Below, piece after piece: positions 17,132 to 24,000 of a stretch of DNA of 24,000 nt; positions within the stretch are counted from its first letter, which is position 1, and every line of letters starts with the position of its first letter. The stretch spans positions 462,851-486,850 of the forward strand of contig NC_006908.1 in the NCBI RefSeq assembly GCF_000008365.1, written 5' to 3'. This DNA comes from Mycoplasma mobile 163K. Its GTDB lineage: Bacteria; Bacillota_I; Bacilli_A; Mycoplasmatales; Metamycoplasmataceae. Below the pieces are notes generated by a model that saw only the letters and a list, made by a program, of their open reading frames with translations, ran no database searches and was not told the origin of the DNA. The translations under genes and the position numbers were made by a program.

Positions 17132-18220
17132 TTAGTTAATTCTATTAGTACTTGCAGTGTCAAAAATATGTAGTTTATTTTTGTCAAAAGTAAAGGTATA
17201 ATTTTTTTCAACTTGAATATTAGCAGAAGAGTGTAGTGATGCAACAAAAGAATGCTTTCCATCAATTACAAAAAAAGCTTGTTTTTCTTTTCCTAAAATT
17301 TCTACAAACTCAGATTTTGCAATAATTTTATCTTCATTATTTTCCTTAGTTAAATAAATATCTTCTGAACGAACACATAAAGTTATTTTTTTTGAACCTT
17401 TTATTTGAATTTTTTCATTATCACTATCATTTAATTTAATTTTTAAAATTCCTGATTCACTAATAAAATAACCATTTTCATAACTACCTTCAAAAACATT
17501 AATTGTAGGATTTCCAATAAATTTAGCTACAAATAAATTTACTGGTTTATTGTATAAGTCTAATGGTTTTCCAATTTGCTGAATTTTAGAATTATTCATA
17601 ACAACAATTTTTGTACCCATAGTCATAGCTTCTAGTTGATCATGCGTTACATAAATAGTTGTAGATTCTAATAATCTATGAATTCTTACTAATTCAATTC
17701 TCATTGATTCACGTAATTTAGCATCAAGATTAGAAAGAGGCTCATCCATTAAAAATAACTTAGGTTTTCTAGCTATTGCTCTACCTAATGCAACTCTTTG
17801 ACGTTGACCTCCAGAGATATCTGAAGGTTTATTTGAAAGATACTCAGAAATTTGTAAAATTTTTGCAATGTCTTTAACTCTTCTATCAATTACATCTTTT
17901 CTTTCTTTTCTTACTTTAAGACCAAAAGCAATATTTTGATAAACAGTCATGTGTGGGTATAAAGCATAAGATTGAAATACCATAGCGATATCTCTATCTT
18001 TTGGACTTAGACCATTAACTCTTATTCCATCAAAAACTAAATCACCTTTTGTGATTGAATTTAGGCCTGCTATCATTCTTAAAAGTGTACTTTTACCACA
18101 TCCAGAAGGACCTAAAATGATTAAGAAGTCATTATCATCAATAGAGAGATTTATGTTCTCCAAAGTATAATTTTCTCTTCCTTCATATTTTTTTGCAATA
18201 TTTCTTAATTCTATTTTCAT
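17132..18220 (-). CDS. Sugar (CUT1-family) ABC transporter ATP-binding protein, MalK/MsmK/UgpC-like
   Basis: Intact 362-aa ORF. Walker A GPSGCGKST, Q-loop VFQSYALYPHMTV, signature ISGGQRQRVALGRA, Walker B LFLMDEPLSNLDAKLR, VTHDQLEAMT, FVAKFIGNPTINVF, plus a MalK-type C-terminal regulatory domain. AAGGAG RBS. Confidence 0.95.
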   Translation of the reverse strand: MKIELRNIAKKYEGRENYTLENINLSIDDNDFLIILGPSGCGKSTLLRMIAGLNSITKGDLVFDGIRVNGLSPKDRDIAMVFQSYALYPHMTVYQNIAFGLKVRKERKDVIDRRVKDIAKILQISEYLSNKPSDISGGQRQRVALGRAIARKPKLFLMDEPLSNLDAKLRESMRIELVRIHRLLESTTIYVTHDQLEAMTMGTKIVVMNNSKIQQIGKPLDLYNKPVNLFVAKFIGNPTINVFEGSYENGYFISESGILKIKLNDSDNEKIQIKGSKKITLCVRSEDIYLTKENNEDKIIAKSEFVEILGKEKQAFFVIDGKHSFVASLHSSANIQVEKNYTFTFDKNKLHIFDTASTNRIN

Positions 18221-18230
18221 AATATCTCCT

Positions 18231-19943
18231 TTATTTTACAGCCCCTGATGTTAATCCACCTACAATAAATCTTTGTGCAAAAACAAATAATAAAGTAATA
18301 GGAATGGAAGTGATGATTGCTCCTGCAAGATATTCATATTGGAATATAGGTGCTCCTGGAGAAGTTGAAATTACAAGTGTTCTTAAACCAGCAGCTATTG
18401 TTAATTGCTTAACTGATGCTAATGATCCATCAGATAATAGAATTGGCAAGATAATATCTCCAAATGGTCCTATGAAAGATCATAGTGCAACAATTGCAAT
18501 AATTGGTTTTGCTAATGGAACTAGTATACTTCTAAAAACTTTTAAATTAGATGAACCATCAATTTTTGCTGCTTCATCTAAATCTCTTGGTATTGAATCC
18601 ATATAACCTTTTATAACAAATGTATTCCCTGTGATTGCTCCACCACTATAAATTATAATCAAGAATATTAATAGAGGTAATTGGGTTAATTGAAATAAAA
18701 CTAAAAATGCAGTTAAAGATGCAACAGAAGGAACAAGTTGTAAAACTAAAATAATAATTAATGAACTACTTTTACCCTTAAATCTAAATCTTGAAAAAGC
18801 ATAAGCTAGAAATGTTGTAAAAAGCACTGTGATAATCATTGTTGAAATAGCAACTATGATTGAATTTCCTAATCATAAACCAAAATCTGTTTGTGTAAAT
18901 AATTTCTCATAGTGTATAAATGAAAAACCTCCTCCTATATTTTCATTATCTCCTAGAGTATTAACCCCTGATCCATCAAAAGATAATATTAAAATTTGGA
19001 AAATAGGAAACAAAATAATAATAGCTCAAATGATAATTGTTATGTAATTAAAAATTAATGAAATTACTCCAGAAGGTTTTAAAGGAGCTAAATCAGAAAG
19101 AGAAATTTTATCATCAGTTTCTGAAATATGTGTTTGAAATTCTGCATAATTATCAATGATTTTTTCTGAATAAAAGCCTACTTTTTCATACTTACTAGCA
19201 ACTTCTTTTGAAATTAAATCAAAAGATAAATTTTTAGCAAGTGAATCATTTTTTTCACTTTTGATGTAACTACTAATTTCATTGAACAATACTTGATATT
19301 GCGCTAAATATAAATATGCTTGTTCTAAATCATTTTGATTTTTGCCTGTTATTTTAAATACTTCATTTGAAATGATTTTTGATAAGTATTGAATTTTATT
19401 TCAAAATAAATTTCTAATCTTATCGATTTTTTTGTCAATTATTGTTTGACTTATTTTTGCATATTTTTCTAAATCAAAAAATAATGATTTAAGCTCTTTT
19501 GCAAATTCATCTGAATATTTATTTGCTAAATAAATAGCAAAATTCTCCAAATCTTTACTTACTAATTGCAATGATTTTCTCAATCCTCTAAATTGAATTG
19601 GGTATAGAGAAACAATTGAAGCTATTTTTATAGCACTTAAAAAATTAATAATTCTAGGATTACTTTTAGTTTTTTTGTTTTTAAAAATTTCTTGTGTAAA
19701 AATAGTTAAAAAATTTCTCGTATCAGATTTATTTAAAAGTTTTTTTATTTCACTCATCATTTTAAAATTTAACTTTTCTTTTTGTTTAAAAATAGTTAAT
19801 TCTGACTTTATGTTTTTTATTACATTATCACTTAAATCTAATCTAAAGGATTTAACTTTTGAAGTTTTAAAAGGATTTAACTTTGAAAACATTTTATTTA
19901 ATTCAAGATTTTGCATCTTGATTACATTTGCTTGTTTTAACAT
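18231..19943 (-). CDS. MalG-like ABC sugar permease with a ~290-aa hydrophilic N-terminal extension
   Basis: Track ORFs 19401..19943, 19026..19289, 18480..18839 and 18231..18449 are all in one frame, joined only through TGA (570 aa). Core: NSIIVAISTMIITVLF, EAA loop DSIPRDLDEAAKIDGSSNLKVFRSILVPLAKP, C-terminus AQRFIVGGLTSGAVK. The first TM (GVISLIFNYITIIIWAIIILFPIF) begins only near residue 290. AAGGAG RBS; the ATG overlaps the upstream stop (TAATG). Confidence 0.85.
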
Positions 19944-20398
19944 TATGCTCCTTTTTCTTTAAATGATTTACTACGTATAAATACAATAGATGAAATCACT
20001 ACAATAAATACTGATACTAATAGAGTAAATGCTGATGCTAAAGCAATTCTATTAGGGGCTGTTGTTGTTAATTTAAAAATTAATGAAATAATAATATCTG
20101 TTGCGCCAGGACTCCCAGCAAGTGATTGCCCAACTGCTGGTCCTCCACCATTAAATAGGAAAATTACTCCAAAGTTATTAAAGTTAAAAACAATTTGACC
20201 TATTAATAATGGTAATATTTGAACAAGAATTATAGGTGCAGTAATTTTAACAAATTGTTTTCATTTTGAAGCTCCATCAATAGATGCTGCTTCATAAAAA
20301 TCATTAGAAATACTTTTCTTTACTCCTGAAATTAATAGGAATATATAAGAATGTCCTAATCATATTTGAATTAAAATAACAGTTAATCTTGCCCAAAA
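19943..20398 (-). pseudogene. 3' third of the MalF-like permease gene, in frame with but separated from the upstream part by TAA; carries the conserved EAA loop
   Basis: Table-4 translation directly after the TAA at 20399..20401: FWARLTVILIQIWLGHSYIFLLISGVKKSISNDFYEAASIDGASKWKQFVKITAPIIL...FNFNNFGVIFLFNGGGP...IVFIRSKSFKEKGA, then TAA (19943..19945). No in-frame ATG/GTG/TTG until the last ~17 codons, so it does not look like an independent gene. Confidence 0.6.
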
Positions 20399-22612
20399 TT
20401 ATGAACCTTGGAAATCTATTGTTGTTCCAAAAATTTGATTATATATACCTGAAGTTCCATTCCCAAAAGCAATTGAGAAAAATAGAATTGTGGCAAATGC
20501 TGGAATAGCTCATGGCAATACATAAATTGTAGATCAAATAATTTTACCTTTAATTCTTTTATTATCAACAATAATTGCTAATAGTGTTCCGATAAATATA
20601 ACACCTAAAGAAACTGAAACAGTTCAAATTATAGTTCAACTTGTAACAAAGGCAATACTTGGACCAAAATCACCTGTAAATATTCTATCAAAATTACTAA
20701 AACCAACTCAGTTTAATGGATTGGTAATACCAGGTATTCCAATTCGAATTCCATAATCTGTAAAGGCAAGTAATATTGTTGCCATTAAAGGTAGAATAAC
20801 AATTAGTGCTATTAAAACAAAAGCAGGTGTTAAGATAATTAAAGGAGAACCATTATTCGCTAAATAATTTCTTAAGTGTCTACTATTTTTTGATCTTATT
20901 CCTTGAGATAACCATTTACCAGTGATATAAGCATCTCTCATAGTTGTTAAAATAATTACTAAACTTACAGATAAAGTCATAATAGCAATTATTCCTTCAA
21001 TTAATCTGAATCGAGCATCTAAAAATATATCACCTAGTATTATTCCTCCTACATTAGGAGAAAGAATCCCTAAACCAAAAACACCATCACCTTCTGAAGA
21101 TCCTATTCAACCAAATGTTAAAGGTATTAGAAAAGCTCACATAAAAACAGAAATTGCTAAAATAATTGCACCTTTTACATATTGTCTATTTAAAAGTTGT
21201 CCTAGACCTGGAAGTAAAAATGAAAAGAGCATAGCTATTCATTTTTGATATTTTGGCATTTTAGTAGGAATATTTTTCTGAGCATCATCAATTGTTGAGT
21301 TCATTATTTTGTATTCTTTTTCAATTTGTCTTTTTTTATCAATATATAAAAATTTCAATTTTTCACTTGCTATTAAATATTGATTAATTAAGCATGCTGA
21401 ATTTCTTTCGAATTTCAATTGCTTTTTAGCAGATATAATAGAATTCTTTTTAGATGATTTAGAAAATTTACCCATTGAATAATCTTTTTTAATTCTCATA
21501 ATTTCTTTTATGTAATTATTTTTTGCAATTATTTTTTGTTTTTGAATTTGCAAAACAATTTCAGGAGATTTTTTAGGAGTATTTGCTAATTCTTTTTTTG
21601 CATATTCAATTTGACTTTTATAATTTTCTAAAATTGACAAAACTTTAATTTCATGTTCTAGTTTCACTGAATATTCTAAAATCTTCAATTTTGAATTAAA
21701 ACTATTATCAGACATTTTTTGATAAACACTTAATTTTGCTTTGATATATTCAATTTTTGCTTTTTGTTCTTTAAAAGGTTCATTTTTAAATTTTTTTAAA
21801 AAGCTTCTTCTTGAAGAAATTTTTCTCAATTTTTTTACTTTGTTTTGAGAAATTTTTTCTTCAATTATTGGTTCAAAAAAAGCATTTAAATAAATTTTTT
21901 TCTTTAATAAGTTTTTTTGTGAAATTCTAGCTTCAGAAATTAAACAGTGTTTTTCTTTTCACAATTCAGCATATGTTTTTCTTTTAAGTCAAAAATTCTT
22001 AATTCTATATTTTACTAGTTTAGATAGAAAAATATTCCTTTCCAATTTTAGTTTCTTTTTTTGATAATTCAATTTACTTTTTAGTGTTGTTTTATTTTTT
22101 TGAATTTGACTTTTTAAATCATTTTCAAGAGAATAAATTTTTTTATCAATATCTACTTTGCTTTCGTATTTATTCAATTCTTCTCTTTTTTGTTTGTAGA
22201 TTTGTTCTAAATCATCAAGAGTTTGACTTAATTTCAATTTGTCATCTATTGAAAAATAGGCTAAACTTTTTTCTTGCTCTAATTTTTCATTTAAAACTTT
22301 AATTGAGTTTTTAATAAAAATAGATTTTTTTGAATCAAGCAAAATTTGCTTTTCTTTTAAGAAATTTCTTTTCAAAACATCAAATTCTATTTTACTGTTT
22401 TCTTTTAGTTTTATTAAAGCAAGTTTGGATTTAGTGTAACTAGATTTAATAGAATAGTAATCTTTTTTAACTAATTCTTTATTAGTTTTTTTAAAGATAT
22501 CTTTTTTAATTTTATTACCATTTAAAGAACTTTTAATATCAGCTTTAAGAGCAATTGCTTCATATTCATTTTTATCAGCATATTTTAAATTTAAATTTTT
22601 AATGAATTCCAT
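20399..22612 (-). CDS. MalF-like ABC sugar permease, 5' part (737 codons): ~460-aa Lys-rich N-terminal extension plus the first TM segments; ends at an in-frame TAA
   Basis: Track ORFs 21989..22612, 21239..21829 and 20708..20980 are in one frame, joined through TGAs, and continue by hand translation to TAA 20399..20401. GGAGG RBS 8 nt before the ATG at 22612; an in-frame TAG lies 9 codons upstream. Membrane part: WIAMLFSFLLPGLGQLLNRQYVKGAIILAISVFMW, SPLIILTPAFVLIALIVILPLMATILLAFTDY, WTVSVSLGVIFIGTLLAIIVDNKRIKGK, VLPWAIPAFATILFF. Confidence 0.78.
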
Positions 22613-22613
22613 T

Positions 22614-23045
22614 TTATTTAACCTCCCATATTTTTTCTACTTCCATACTTCATTTATCACAATTAGGGCAAAATAGATTTTCATTCATTTTTTGTACTAT
22701 TAAAGCCTGCGCATTTTCATATTCTCTTTTATATAATTTTCCATCAATTTTTAAAAATAACATGGGCAAATATTTGGTACTTTTTTCCACATAAAAAGTA
22801 TTAATGTAAAAAGAAGCAGATTCTAAAATATTATTTTTTAATAATTCAATTTCACCTTCAAATAAGTTATCGATTAATAATTTTTTTTGCTCATTACTTA
22901 ATTTTTTAAAAAAATCTTTTTCTTTAACAAGAAGATTTAAAACATCTTCGACTTTTTGAGTTTGATTAAGCTTACCGTGTATAAATTCAATTTTTGTTTC
23001 ACATTTAAAACACTTAGCATCTATTCTAAATGCCATTACTACCAT
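22614..23045 (-). CDS. Hypothetical 143-aa protein with CxxC pairs at both termini (possible split zinc ribbon)
   Basis: Track ORF 22650..23045 ends at TGA; reading through gives ...CPNCDKWSMEVEKIWEVK, then TAA at 22614..22616. CFKC at residues 12-15 and CPNC near the C-terminus. No TM segments and no family recognised. Confidence 0.55.
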
Positions 23046-23524
23046 CTTTCTTTATTTTTTAAATAAAAATTATTTTGGTGAAGTAAGACAAATAAATAAA
23101 ATAAAGCAATAATAGCACCAATTGAAATTAATGTTGCAAAAATGCTATATCATAATTCGTTTGTTAATAATCAAGAACTTAAAATATTTCCAATTCATAA
23201 GAAGGTTCAAAATATTACAAATACATAACCTACTTTTATCTTGCTATATCCAAAATAAGAATATATTCCGAAAAAAATTATAACTATTGAATTGACAAAA
23301 ATTTTGACTATACTTTCTAGTTTGAAGCGATCAAATGCTTCAGTCATGCTTAAATTCTCTAATTTTTTTTGTATTATAAAACTATTTAATTGATCAGTAG
23401 ATAGTAAAGAAACAAGACCTGAAATTACAATTAAAATCACTGAAATTAAAGAGATACTAAGAAAAGAATAAAACAAAATGTTATTTAAGTTAACTTTGCT
23501 TTGTGATTGTGTAAAAAAATTCAT
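23039..23524 (-). CDS. Hypothetical small integral membrane protein (161 aa, about 4 TM segments)
   Basis: Track ORF 23207..23524 extended through three TGAs to TAG 23039..23041. Hydrophobic spans ILFYSFLSISLISVILIVISGLVSLL, IVKIFVNSIVIIFFGIYSYF, YVFVIFWTFLWIGNILSSWLL, IFATLISIGAIIALFYLFVLL. Overlaps the next ORF's ATG by 7 nt (ATGGTAG). Confidence 0.55.
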
Positions 23525-23542
23525 TTTATTATTGTTGTTCTA

Positions 23543-24000
23543 CTATTCATTATTTGATCTATTAATATTTTGTTTAAAAACATTATAAAAAGCATCAGCT
23601 GTACTAAATGTTGCAGCAGAAAGTCCAAGTTCATCTCAAAATTGTCAATATCTTCCAAATTTAGCAATAGTTGGTAAAGGAACATTATTTTTACTTTGAT
23701 CTGATACTGATGATATAACACTTGTATAAAGTGCTGAAAGAGAATCAGCAAAACCTGTTGTAGATACTCAATCAGATAAATTAAGTTTGGAACCATTTGG
23801 ATTAGTTGGATCAGTTAATTGAATAGAATTAATTATATCGGCTGATAAGTTAACATTAGCTCCTTCAGTTGCGGAAATTCTACCTGTATTTAGAAATCAA
23901 TCAGTTGCTAAATCTTTAGAAGTAATGGCAGCTAAAATTCTTTTTGATAAGTCCAATTTTTTTTGTATTGCAGCAGTATTAGTTGCTCCTAATTTAGCTA
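23543..24000 (-). CDS. C-terminal part of a secreted/surface protein, probably the solute-binding (lipo)protein of the ABC transporter (gene continues past the right edge)
   Basis: Table-4 reading (frame fixed by codon 23998..23996): ...KDLATDWFLNTGRISATEGANVNLSADIINSIQLTDPTNPNGSKLNLSDWVSTTGFADSLSALYTSVISSVSDQSKNNVPLPTIAKFGRYWQFWDELGLSAATFSTADAFYNVFKQNINRSNNE, then TAG TAG (stop 23543..23545). The tail P..a.f..yW......l......t...a........i resembles the C-termini of MalE-type binding proteins. First gene of the operon. Track ORF 23521..23796 is a different frame of this region. Confidence 0.5.

Noticed and set aside
23521-23796. Track ORF 23521..23796 (-) as a gene
   Set aside because: It is a different reading frame of the same strand. 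The table-4 frame ending at TAG 23543..23545 gives a far more protein-like sequence that continues to the window edge.

Overview
Very AT-rich chromosomal window from a Mollicutes (Mycoplasma-like) genome that reads UGA as Trp (translation table 4). The ORF track uses the standard code, so most genes appear as 2-5 in-frame fragments separated by TGA. I rejoined them by hand, so hand-derived ends may be off by a few nt.

Content, left to right:
- tsaC-like gene (partial), divergent from fpg.
- An 840-codon ORF fusing an SGNH/GDSL-like domain to an unknown helical domain.
- A dprA-like gene.
- A minus-strand gatC-gatA-gatB-yihY/brkB-like operon.
- A divergent mraZ-rsmH-ftsA-like cluster with a three-box MraZ operator and no ftsZ.
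- Eight minus-strand tRNAs (Pro-Ala-Met-Ile-Ser | fMet-Asp-Phe). The Ile tRNA carries the rare UAU anticodon.
- A TM2-domain protein that the track misses.
- An orphan OmpR/PhoB-type winged-helix regulator with a degenerate receiver domain.
- recO, an alpha/beta hydrolase, and parE without parC.
- A 445-bp extremely AT-rich spacer.
- A CUT1-type sugar ABC transporter operon: binding-protein tail, small membrane protein, CxxC protein, MalF-like and MalG-like permeases with very long Lys-rich N-terminal extensions, and a MalK-like ATPase. An in-frame TAA interrupts the MalF-like gene.

I see no CRISPR, transposase, integrase, phage genes or rRNA. I also see no convincing novel multi-gene system, defence or otherwise. 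The most unusual items are the tRNA-Ile(UAU), the orphan regulator, the decorated and interrupted ABC permeases, and the ftsZ-less dcw remnant. Together these fit Mycoplasma (Mycoplasmopsis) mobile or a close relative, but that is inference from memory, not a database hit.
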